Positions 28,686-37,566 of a stretch of 64,000 nt of DNA are shown here, in pieces. The stretch is from an uncultured delta proteobacterium (lineage in GTDB: Bacteria > Myxococcota_A > Polyangia > Polyangiales > Polyangiaceae): contig CAWKKR010000007.1 in NCBI GenBank assembly GCA_963850305.1, forward strand, positions 480,001-544,000, read 5' to 3'. The position numbers and the translations under genes were made by a program. The notes under the pieces were generated by a model. That model made no database searches and was not told the origin of the DNA. It saw only the letters and a list, made by a program, of their open reading frames with translations. Position 1 is the stretch's first letter. The number at the start of each line of letters is the position of its first letter.

Positions 28686-31298
28686 ATGAGCAGGCCAGCA
28701 CCATCTTCCGCGACGGAGGCGGGGTTCGATCTCGACGCGGCCCTCTCCCGTGTCGCGCATTTTCTGCCCACGCAAGGTCCCATCAAGGACTTCATTCATC
28801 ACAATACGCTGCACGCATTCCAGGGGATGAAGTTTCACGAGGCGATCGGCGCCGCCGCTCGGCTATACGGCGCCCGCTCGAGCATGCCCGCCGCCTTCTT
28901 CTTGCGAGCATACCGGGCAGGTCACATCTCGGACTCGGCGCTGGGTCGAGCTCTGGAGCGGGCCTTCGCGGACGACGCTCGGCGCGCCGCCGCGCGTGAT
29001 GCTCTCCTCTCGGACCGCGTCGAGGAGCAAGCGCGAAACGGCCGGGCACGCCACGGCCTGCGGGACGCGTGGACGGAACGGCTGGGTGGAGTCGCGCTTC
29101 ACCGGCGCTCGCACCTGCACCTGTTCCGTCTCTTCGGCGGCTATCTCGATCAGGGGCTCTCGACATGGCGCATGCCCGGCGCGGACCGCCTGGGCCTCTA
29201 CGACTGCGTGGCCCGCCTGGCGCGTCGGAGCCCTCTGCCGCTCCTGCCGTTCGGCACACCGGGCGCACGCAAGCTGCTCGATTTGCCCGCGCGCGATGCA
29301 CTGACCCAGGCGCTGGCGAAGACCGTGGGTCGCGAAGACTGGTACGAGCCCTATCTGCTCGAGACGCTGCTGACTCAGCCCGGGTGGTCCGGCCTCGTCG
29401 CGGAGTGCGAGCGGAACCCCGGCCTTCTGCTGACGCCGCGGCGGATGACGCTCCTCGATTGCACCGCCGTGACCCTGGTCGCCGAGCTCGGTTGTCTGGA
29501 GCGAGAGCTCGGGCACGACTTCGCGCCCTTGAGCAAGTCGTCTGCGCCGGGGCAGGGACCCTCTCCCGCCCCCGACGCGCCGCCCGATCGTACCGAGGAC
29601 GAGCGGCTCCTCTCCGTGTGGCAAGAGGCGTTCGAGTGGAGCTACTACGAGCCGTTCCTCGGCGCGCTGCGCGCCAACGCGGGACGCGCGCGGCCTCCGG
29701 TGCCCGCGCCCACGGCCTGGGCCGTGTTCTGCATAGACGACCGATCGTGCTCGCTGCGAAGGCACCTGGAAGAAGTCGCGCCCGCCGTGGCGACCTTCGG
29801 CACGGCTGGGTTCTTCGGTCTCGACTTCTTCTACCGCGGGGTCGATGACGCGGTCGCCGGCAAGCACTGTCCCGCGCCGATCACTCCACGGCACCTGATC
29901 GTGGAGCACTTCGAGGCGCCGAAGCGGGAGAACGGCGACCGGCCTTTGCCGCGGTGGCGCCGGGCGCTCCATCTCGACGCACACGCCAACACGCTCTTCG
30001 GCGGATGGGCCCTCTCGTATGCGCTCGGATTGGGGGCCGCGGCACGGCTCGTCGCCAACGTGTTCCGGCCGTCGCTCGCGCCGGTTACCGTGGCCCCTCT
30101 CAGCACGGTGAACCGCGACGCCCGCTTCAAGCTGCTGCGCGACGGAGAAGCCCGCAGCCCCGACGGCTTGTTGCTCGGCTATTCGTCCGAGGAGCTCGCC
30201 GACCGCGTCGCGACGGTGCTGCACTCGATGGGAGCCGACCATGACTGGCCCGAGCTAGTGGTGGTGTTCGGCCACGGCGCGAGCAGCGTCAACAACCCAT
30301 ACTTCGCCGCCTACAACTGCGGCGCGTGCTCCGGACGGGTCGGCGCACCCAACGCGCGCGCGTTCGCGAAGGCGGCCAATCACCCCGAGGTGCGAGAAGC
30401 CCTGCGAGCGCGCGGGCTGCTCATCCCGGAATCGACCCGGTTCGTCGGCGCGCTCCACGACACGACTCGCGACGAGGCGACCTATTACGATCTGGATCGC
30501 ATGCCCGACCGGTTCCGTGGCGCGCTCGCCGCGTTCCGGCGAACGTACGACGAGGCCCTTGCCCGCAACGCGGCCGAGCGGTGCCGACGCGTCGAGTCCC
30601 TGCCGCTTCCCGTTTCGCCCCAGCGCGCCCTCGAGGAGGTGCGGCTGCGATCGGTCTCCCTGTTCGAGCCCAGGCCCGAGTACAACCACGCGACCAACGC
30701 GTCGTGCGTCGTAGGCCGCCGCGCGCTCACCGCGGGGCTCTTCCTCGACCGGCGCACCTTCATGAGCTCCTACGATCCCTCGCGAGACCCCGAGGGCAAA
30801 ATCCTCACCGGCATCCTCTCGGCGGTGATCCCGGTCTGTGCGGGGATCAACCTCGAGTACTTCTTCTCGCGCCTGGATCCGGGCGTCTATGGCGCGGGGA
30901 CGAAGCTCCCGCACAACGTCAACGGCCTGCTCGGAGTCTGCAATGGCATCGAGGGCGATCTTCTCACGGGTTTGCCGACGCAGATGACGGAGATCCACGA
31001 CCCCGTGAGGCTCCTGGTCGTGGTGGAGCAATCGCCCGAGGTGGCGCTCGCGGCGGCGCGGCGCGACCCGGCCGTGTTCGAGCTCATCGACAACGACTGG
31101 GTGCGCTATGGCAGCTTGGACCCGGCCACGCGCCAGGCGTGGCTCTACGACGGAGGGCAGATGGAGAAGCTCGAAAACCTGGCGTCGCCGACGTGGGCCT
31201 GGCCCACGTCACTCGACGCGGCCCGGCAGAGCCGTGAAAACCTGCCCATCGGCTTCGTCGGCGAGATCGAAGTCGCTCACCAGGAGGCACCGGCGTGA
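28686..31298 (+). CDS. dabA: DabA/MpsB (DUF2309) inorganic carbon transporter, beta-CA-like subunit
   Basis: LPTQGPIKDFIHHNTLHAF, VFCIDDRS, TFGTAGFFG, GHGASSVNNP, CGACSG, ALHDTTRDE and GINLEYFFS. Confidence 0.92.
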   Translation: MSRPAPSSATEAGFDLDAALSRVAHFLPTQGPIKDFIHHNTLHAFQGMKFHEAIGAAARLYGARSSMPAAFFLRAYRAGHISDSALGRALERAFADDARRAAARDALLSDRVEEQARNGRARHGLRDAWTERLGGVALHRRSHLHLFRLFGGYLDQGLSTWRMPGADRLGLYDCVARLARRSPLPLLPFGTPGARKLLDLPARDALTQALAKTVGREDWYEPYLLETLLTQPGWSGLVAECERNPGLLLTPRRMTLLDCTAVTLVAELGCLERELGHDFAPLSKSSAPGQGPSPAPDAPPDRTEDERLLSVWQEAFEWSYYEPFLGALRANAGRARPPVPAPTAWAVFCIDDRSCSLRRHLEEVAPAVATFGTAGFFGLDFFYRGVDDAVAGKHCPAPITPRHLIVEHFEAPKRENGDRPLPRWRRALHLDAHANTLFGGWALSYALGLGAAARLVANVFRPSLAPVTVAPLSTVNRDARFKLLRDGEARSPDGLLLGYSSEELADRVATVLHSMGADHDWPELVVVFGHGASSVNNPYFAAYNCGACSGRVGAPNARAFAKAANHPEVREALRARGLLIPESTRFVGALHDTTRDEATYYDLDRMPDRFRGALAAFRRTYDEALARNAAERCRRVESLPLPVSPQRALEEVRLRSVSLFEPRPEYNHATNASCVVGRRALTAGLFLDRRTFMSSYDPSRDPEGKILTGILSAVIPVCAGINLEYFFSRLDPGVYGAGTKLPHNVNGLLGVCNGIEGDLLTGLPTQMTEIHDPVRLLVVVEQSPEVALAAARRDPAVFELIDNDWVRYGSLDPATRQAWLYDGGQMEKLENLASPTWAWPTSLDAARQSRENLPIGFVGEIEVAHQEAPA

Positions 31299-33133
31299 TC
31301 GAGGGGCTGCTCCTCGCCGGCCTGGCCGTGCCCCTCGTGTCGGCCCTGGTCGTCGCCACGCGGCTCGTCGCGAGCGAACGGGCAGTAGCACACGTGGCGC
31401 AGAGCGCTTCCGCGCTCTCTGCGGCGTCTTCGGTCGTGGCCGTCGGGCTCTGGTTCGTGCACGGCGCGCGGTGGCTCGCGACTCCGCCGCACGTGCTCTT
31501 CGCGCACGAAGGATACCGTTTCACGTTCGAGCTGTCTCTCGACGGCGCCTCGGTGACGTTCCTCTTGCTGGTGCAGTTCACGACCGGGATGGTGATGCGC
31601 TTCAGCCGTTTCTATCTCCATCGTGAACCAGGCTTCGGGAGGTTCTTCGCGACCGTCCTCATGTTTCAGTCCGCGATGTGCGTGCTCACCCTGGCGGGCA
31701 ACCTCGACCTGATGTTCGCGGGATGGGAGATGGTCGGCCTCTCATCGTTTTTGCTCATCGCCTTTTACCGAGAACGTCACTCGGCGGTCAGGAACGCGCT
31801 CAAGACGTATTCGGTGTATCGCGTGGCGGACATGGGCATGCTGCTCGCGTCCTGTCTCGCGGAGACAGGCAGCCATCGCGTGCTCGGGCTTCTCCTTTTG
31901 CTTGCGGCGATGGGCAAGTCCGCGCAGTTCCCGTTCAGTTTCTGGGTGCCGCGGGCGATGGAGGGGCCCACCCCGTCGAGCGCGCTCTTCTACGGCGCGC
32001 TCTCCGTCCACGCGGGCGCGTACCTCCTGCTTCGCACGTTCGGCCTCTGGGGTGACGTGACGGCGGTGAGAATCTGCGTCGGCGGGATTGGCCTGTCGAC
32101 GGCGGCGCTCTGCTCGATGTTCAGCCGCGTGCAGCCCACGATCAAGGGCCAGGTGGGCTACGCGTCCGTGGCCCAGGTCGGCTTGATCTTCGTCGAGCTC
32201 GGCCTGGGGCTCAGAGGCCTCGCGCTGGCTCACATGGTCTCGAATGCTCTCTTGCGCTGCTACCAGCTCCTGGTGTCGCCCTCGACGGTGGCCTACCTGT
32301 TGCGAAGGCAAGCCTCCGCGGGCTCAGCGCAGGCCGCGGACTCGCGCGTGCCGTACGCGCCCCGCTTGCCAGAAAGCTGGAACTCCGCCCTCTACGTCTT
32401 TGCGCTCTCGGAGGGCTACCTCAAGGAGACCTCGAAGGTCGCGCTGTGGAGCCCACTGCGGCGGCTCGGCCGTATGATGCGCCCTCGGCGCGCGCTCGGA
32501 TCGATCGTGGTCCTCACCGCGGGGCTCGCCTTCGCCTCGCGGACGTTGCACCGAGGAGACCTGGCCCTGGGCTGGGTGTTCCTTGCCGTTGCGCTCCTCT
32601 GCTCGGGCGCCGGGCTCGGATCGTGGCGCCGGCCGCTGGATGCGGTGACCTGGGTGTCGGGGTCGAGTCTCGCGATCGGAGCGGCGGTGTTCGCCCTCTC
32701 TCCGGCACAGAACCGCTTCGCCGGCCTTTCGTACGCAGCAGCCGTCGCGATCTTCTGCGCGCTCGGCGTTGCTGGCACGGCCATGGTCGTGCCCCGGCGC
32801 GCGATCATCACTCGATACGCTGGCCTGTCCGAGGTGCGCCCGATCGCCGCGGCGTTCACGCTCGTCTCCGCGCTCGGGATCGCGGGGTTCCCGTTGCTCC
32901 CTACCTTCCTCGGCGAAGATCTGCTGCTGCACGACACCCTGCGCGAGAGCGGCGTGATCTCGGCCCTGCTCACGGCCGTGCTCGCCTTGAATGGCTACCT
33001 CGCCGTGCGAAACTTCGCTTTCACCTTCCTCGGCCAGCAGCGTCCGGAGGAAGGCAGCGGATGGGGCACGGCTCAGGGGGTGTTGGATAAGCGGCGACCG
33101 CTCGGCGAGTGGGCGCGATCACCGACGGCCTGA
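31295..33133 (+). CDS. dabB: DabB/MpsA NuoL-like proton-translocating membrane subunit
   Basis: GWEMVGLSSFLLI and GKSAQFPFSFWVPRAMEGPTPSSA; GTGA overlap with dabA. Confidence 0.88.
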   Translation: MIEGLLLAGLAVPLVSALVVATRLVASERAVAHVAQSASALSAASSVVAVGLWFVHGARWLATPPHVLFAHEGYRFTFELSLDGASVTFLLLVQFTTGMVMRFSRFYLHREPGFGRFFATVLMFQSAMCVLTLAGNLDLMFAGWEMVGLSSFLLIAFYRERHSAVRNALKTYSVYRVADMGMLLASCLAETGSHRVLGLLLLLAAMGKSAQFPFSFWVPRAMEGPTPSSALFYGALSVHAGAYLLLRTFGLWGDVTAVRICVGGIGLSTAALCSMFSRVQPTIKGQVGYASVAQVGLIFVELGLGLRGLALAHMVSNALLRCYQLLVSPSTVAYLLRRQASAGSAQAADSRVPYAPRLPESWNSALYVFALSEGYLKETSKVALWSPLRRLGRMMRPRRALGSIVVLTAGLAFASRTLHRGDLALGWVFLAVALLCSGAGLGSWRRPLDAVTWVSGSSLAIGAAVFALSPAQNRFAGLSYAAAVAIFCALGVAGTAMVVPRRAIITRYAGLSEVRPIAAAFTLVSALGIAGFPLLPTFLGEDLLLHDTLRESGVISALLTAVLALNGYLAVRNFAFTFLGQQRPEEGSGWGTAQGVLDKRRPLGEWARSPTA

Positions 33134-33320
33134 TTCCAGGTGCTCGCACCCATCCCCGATGCAGGGTGGGTTCCCGACGCACTACCCCAAGCGAACGAAC
33201 ACCCCGCATCCTGTGCGAGTGGACGCACTGATTGCACCTCGGCGCTGCCGGGCGTCGAGAAATGCACCTTCGGAGGACGCCCCGGCCGCGCGTTTCGATC
33301 CCCGGAAGGCACCCCTGCCC

Positions 33321-33336
33321 GGGCACGACGATTGCT
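33321..33336 (+). promoter_or_regulatory. Putative sigma54 promoter of the nitroreductase gene
   Basis: GGGCACG-acga-TTGCT (GG-N10-GC), 12 nt before ATG 33349. Confidence 0.55.
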
Positions 33337-33348
33337 CCCGCATCGGGA

Positions 33349-33909
33349 ATGGAGTTCGACCAAGTGATTCATGCTCGGCGGGCCGTGCGGGCGTTCGCCC
33401 CTCGGCGAGTCGACGATGCAAACATCAATACGTTGTTGCGCGCTGCCGTACAGGCCCCGAGTGCGATGAACGCGCAACCATGGGGATTCGCGGTAGTACA
33501 GGACGCGGCTCGTTTGAAACGCTACTCGGAGCGCGCGAAGGGGCTTCTGCTCATGGCAGCGGCCGATGCGAAAACCCGGCGCTACGAAGAGATGCTCCGC
33601 AACGACCAGTTCAACATCTTCTATGACGCGACGACGCTCATCGTGATTTGTGCCAGGGTTCACGGCCAGTATGCTGACGCCGACTGCTGGCTGGCGGCGG
33701 AGAATCTCATGCTGGCGGCGTGTGATATGGGGCTCGGCTCCTGCCCCATCGGCTTCGCCATTCCCGCGCTGAATAGCCGCGACATCAAGGAGGAGCTCCA
33801 GATCCCACCTGGAGGCTCCGCTGTTGCGCCCATCATCGTGGGATATCCGAGTGGGCCCACGGCGCCGGTGGTTCGCGCAGAGCCGCGGGTGCTATCTTGG
33901 ATGCGCTAG
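33349..33909 (+). CDS. Nitroreductase family protein
   Basis: RRAVRAF, APSAMNAQPW and AENLMLAA..GLGSC motifs. Confidence 0.9.
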   Translation: MEFDQVIHARRAVRAFAPRRVDDANINTLLRAAVQAPSAMNAQPWGFAVVQDAARLKRYSERAKGLLLMAAADAKTRRYEEMLRNDQFNIFYDATTLIVICARVHGQYADADCWLAAENLMLAACDMGLGSCPIGFAIPALNSRDIKEELQIPPGGSAVAPIIVGYPSGPTAPVVRAEPRVLSWMR

Positions 33910-33967
33910 TCGGGTTCGGCAGGCGTAGCGTTACGACCTCGGCGGGGGAACCATCGAAGCCGTCCAT

Positions 33968-35728
33968 TCAGCCCGCTTCGCCGAACAGCGCCTGCGCGCG
34001 CGCGAGCGCCGCGAATCGACCATCGGCGCGGACCAGCTCCGAGAACCCTCCGCACTCGACGACGGTGCCGTGGTCGAAGACGAAGATCTTCGTCGCGTCC
34101 TTCACGGTGGCGAGCCGGTGCGCGATGACGAACGTGGTGCGTCCCTTGACGACCTCGTCGAGCGCGCGCTTGATCTTCTGCTCCGTCTGGGCGTCGAGCG
34201 CCGACGTCGCCTCGTCCAGTATGAGGATGGGCGGATCTTTCAGGAGTGCGCGCGCGATGGACAGACGCTGGCACTCGCCGCCCGAGAGCGATCTTCCGCG
34301 CTCACCGATGATCGTATCGAGGCCGTGAGGCGCCCGCTCGACGACGTCGAGCGCCTGCGCGCGCTCGAGCGCCCCGAAGATCTCGTCGTCGGTAGCATCG
34401 GGTTTTCCGACGATGAGGTTGTCGCGAATGGACCTGGCGAAGAGCATCGACTCCTGGAAGACGATCCCGATGTTCCGCCGCAACGAGTACAGAGAAAACT
34501 CTCGGATATCGCGTCCGTCCGCCAAGATCCGTCCTTCGGTCGGGTCGAACGCGCGGTGCAAGAGGCCGAGCGTCGTGGATTTTCCGGAGCCCGTCGGCCC
34601 GACGAATGCCACGGTCTCTCCGGGCTCCACGTCGAAGCTCACGTCACGCAGCGCGAAGCCGACACCGTCGTACGAGAACGACACGCGCTCGAAGGTGATG
34701 CGCGCCGAGAGAGTTCCGGCGTCCACGGCGTCGGGCCGGTCCCGGAGCGACGGCGTCGTGTCGAGGATCTCGAAGAACTCGCTCATCTTCGGTGCTTCGT
34801 GGAACAGCGACGTGATGAACCCGATCGTCGTGCCGAGGCGTCCGACGAGCATCCCGGCGATGCTGAGGAACGCCACGACCTCGCCGACGCTCGCCTGGCC
34901 GTGCAGGAAGAGCCACGTCCCAACGAGCAAGATCGCCGTCATCGTGAGGGTTGCGGCGGCTCGCGTGGCGACCGCCGCGACGGCCCACCACGAGAGCACC
35001 GGGAGCTGCGCTTCGAGGAGACGGAGCGTGATCTCCTTGAGCTCGCCGAGCTCGTCTTCGATGCGCGTGAAGCTCTGCACGATCGGTAAATTGCCGATGG
35101 TGTCGGCCGCGTGCTCGGCGAGTGCGGTGTGATGCGCCGTCACCTTCCCCTGGAGCGCCTGAGTGCGTCCGATCACCAATGTGGTCAACGCCGCGAACAC
35201 GACGACGAGGGCGACCAACAAAGAGCCCAGCTGAGCGTTCTTCAGCACCGTGAGCGGCAGGAGCACGACGAGCGCCACGAAGGCCGAGCAATGTTCGCGA
35301 AAGAACCCGAGCCACACGAAGCTCATCGAGTCCGCGCCGCCGAGCATCACCTTCATCAGCCGGCTCGAGTGCGAGTTGGCATGAAATGCGGCCGGAAGCG
35401 ACAGCACGTGCTGGAAGAACCGCGCCATCACGGATGCGCGGCAGCGGTGTGCGAGCCGATCCGCGTGGAGCGCGACGAGCACGCCGGCGCCGATGTTGAA
35501 CAGCCCGAACGCGACCCACGGAACGACGAGCGGCAGGAGACCCCGGAACGTGAGCGGCGGCACCGAGCGCCTCGCTCGCGACAAGGCGTCGACGATGTGG
35601 CCGAACAAGATCGGGTCCGCGAACTGAACGACGGCCAGGAGCACGTTCGCGAACGTCATCGCGATCACGGTCCACTTTTCCGGCCGGAGCTCCGCGAGCA
35701 CGCGTCCGTACGTCGCGAGGAGACGCAT
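33968..35728 (-). CDS. ndvA: Cyclic beta-1,2-glucan exporter-like ABC transporter (NdvA/ChvA type)
   Basis: YGRVL, PILFG, VALHADRLAHR, FFREH and PVLSWWA in the TMD; GPTGSGKST, LSGGECQR and ILDEATSALD in the NBD. Confidence 0.8.
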   Translation of the reverse strand: MRLLATYGRVLAELRPEKWTVIAMTFANVLLAVVQFADPILFGHIVDALSRARRSVPPLTFRGLLPLVVPWVAFGLFNIGAGVLVALHADRLAHRCRASVMARFFQHVLSLPAAFHANSHSSRLMKVMLGGADSMSFVWLGFFREHCSAFVALVVLLPLTVLKNAQLGSLLVALVVVFAALTTLVIGRTQALQGKVTAHHTALAEHAADTIGNLPIVQSFTRIEDELGELKEITLRLLEAQLPVLSWWAVAAVATRAAATLTMTAILLVGTWLFLHGQASVGEVVAFLSIAGMLVGRLGTTIGFITSLFHEAPKMSEFFEILDTTPSLRDRPDAVDAGTLSARITFERVSFSYDGVGFALRDVSFDVEPGETVAFVGPTGSGKSTTLGLLHRAFDPTEGRILADGRDIREFSLYSLRRNIGIVFQESMLFARSIRDNLIVGKPDATDDEIFGALERAQALDVVERAPHGLDTIIGERGRSLSGGECQRLSIARALLKDPPILILDEATSALDAQTEQKIKRALDEVVKGRTTFVIAHRLATVKDATKIFVFDHGTVVECGGFSELVRADGRFAALARAQALFGEAG

Positions 35729-36023
35729 AGGAGATTGGTGTAGGTCGCTCGCCTGGCGGTCCGAAAGTACACGGCGTGCAATACGGCCGACTAGCTCGGC
35801 CCGGCGATCGGAAGAAGACCAACACGACCGCGGGCCGGGTGAAGGGCCGCTGTGGAGGCCTCAAGGCGGCGGCATCGTTCACGCCAGGTTCCTCGGGCGA
35901 AGTGGCCGCAGTCTGCGACGCCCGGACGTCGCTTGGCTCTCGGACGCCGCTGGTCTACGAGTGAAGGTAACCTCGCCTTTCTGCAGGGTGCCTGACGGCT
36001 CGGGAGATTTCCACGTGGGACGC

Positions 36024-37199
36024 ATGCGCAAGAAGTCGAAGATTTCGAGGTCGAGTGCGCGAGAGAGGGCTTCGCACCTTGCAATCCTCGTCGCGACGCG
36101 AAAGGGCGCCTGGCTCTTTCGTGGGGATGGGGCGAGACGAACGTTCGACGTCGATGGCCCGCATTTCCTCGGCCACGTCGTGAGCCACATGGTGCTCGAT
36201 CCGCGCGACGGGCACACCTTGCTCGCCGCGGCGAAGACCGGCCACCTCGGGCCGACGGTGTTTCGCTCGGAGGATCTCGGACGGAGCTGGAAGGAGGCGG
36301 TGCGTCCGCCCGCGTTCCCGAAGGCGAAGGACGGCGAGAAAGGGCGCGTCGTCGATCATACGTTCTGGCTGTCGCCCGGGCACGCGAGCGAACCGGGAGC
36401 GTGGTACGCGGGAACTTCTCCGCAGGGTCTTTTCCGCTCGTCGGATGCCGGCGTCACGTGGGATCCGGTCTCGGGCTTCAACGATGATCCGGCGTTCCTT
36501 GCTCGCGTCGGGGACTCGCAGGGTGGGACGCCGGACGGTCCGCAGATCCACTCGATCCTCGTGGATCCTCGAAATGCGAACCACCTTTATCTGGGGGCGT
36601 CGAGCGGCGGCGTGCACGAGTCGACGGACGGGGGCAACACCTGGGCACCGCTCTCCGAAGGGCTCGAGGTCGTCCAGGGATTGGACGCGACGAACCTCGC
36701 GTTCCACGATCCGCACTGTCTTGCTCTCTGCCCCGGAAACCCCGACCGCCTCTACCAGCAGAACCACTGCGGCATCTACAGGATCGATCGCCCCGCGACG
36801 GACTGGGTGCGAGTCGGGAGGAACATGCCGAAGAAGGTCGGTGATGTCGGCTTCCCGATGGTCGTGCACCCACGGGACCCGGACGTGGCCTGGGTGTTCC
36901 CAATGGACGGCACGAGCGTCTGGCCCCGCACGAGCCCTGGCGGTAAGCCCGCCGCCTACCGGACGGAGGATGGCGGCAGGACGTGGAAGAGGCTCGATTG
37001 GGGCCTGCCGCGCGAGCAGGCGTGGTGGACGGTGAAGCGCCAGGCGATGGCCGCCGACGGCCGCGATCCGGCGGGGCTCTACCTGGGAACGACGAGCGGC
37101 GAGCTCTGGGCGAGCCGGAACGAGGGAGATCGGTTTCGCTGCATCGCGCGCCACCTGCCTGAGATTTACGCCGTCGAGGCCGCGGAGATCGACGGATGA
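36024..37199 (+). CDS. BNR/Asp-box repeat beta-propeller (glycosyl hydrolase-like) protein
   Basis: SxDxGxT/SW repeats, LYQQNHCGIY and GTTSGELWAS. Confidence 0.85.
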   Translation: MRKKSKISRSSARERASHLAILVATRKGAWLFRGDGARRTFDVDGPHFLGHVVSHMVLDPRDGHTLLAAAKTGHLGPTVFRSEDLGRSWKEAVRPPAFPKAKDGEKGRVVDHTFWLSPGHASEPGAWYAGTSPQGLFRSSDAGVTWDPVSGFNDDPAFLARVGDSQGGTPDGPQIHSILVDPRNANHLYLGASSGGVHESTDGGNTWAPLSEGLEVVQGLDATNLAFHDPHCLALCPGNPDRLYQQNHCGIYRIDRPATDWVRVGRNMPKKVGDVGFPMVVHPRDPDVAWVFPMDGTSVWPRTSPGGKPAAYRTEDGGRTWKRLDWGLPREQAWWTVKRQAMAADGRDPAGLYLGTTSGELWASRNEGDRFRCIARHLPEIYAVEAAEIDG

Positions 37200-37456
37200 A
37201 TGTCCTCATTCCGAGCCCCCTGCGCTCTTACACGGCGGACCGCGATCGGGTCGAGGCGACGGGTGCGTCCCTCGCCGAGTTGCTGGCGGACCTCGAGCGC
37301 CAGTTTCCGGGGATCCGCTTTCGCATGATCGACGAGCAGGATCAGATGCGGCCGCACATCCGCTTCTTCGTCAACGGCGAGCAAGCGTTTGCCATTTCGG
37401 ACCGCGTCGAGCCAACTGACGACATCGCCATCGTGCAGGCATTGAGCGGGGGGTGA
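37196..37456 (+). CDS. MoaD/ThiS family ubiquitin-like protein
   Basis: IPSPLRSYT and FVNGE, C-terminal LSGG; ATGA overlap with the BNR gene. Confidence 0.9.
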   Translation: MNVLIPSPLRSYTADRDRVEATGASLAELLADLERQFPGIRFRMIDEQDQMRPHIRFFVNGEQAFAISDRVEPTDDIAIVQALSGG

Positions 37457-37566
37457 GGTCGATGCGGATCGATCGGGCGGGTTTTGGACGGCCAGGCCAC
37501 CGTCGAACGGGTCCAAGGTGAACCGTCGAGCGGACGTCCGCCCGGAGCCGGGTGTATAAAGAGAGG

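Noticed and set aside
31295..33133. NuoL-like gene as part of respiratory complex I or an Mrp antiporter
   Set aside because: No other nuo/mrp genes are present, and direct coupling to DUF2309 identifies it as DabB/MpsA.
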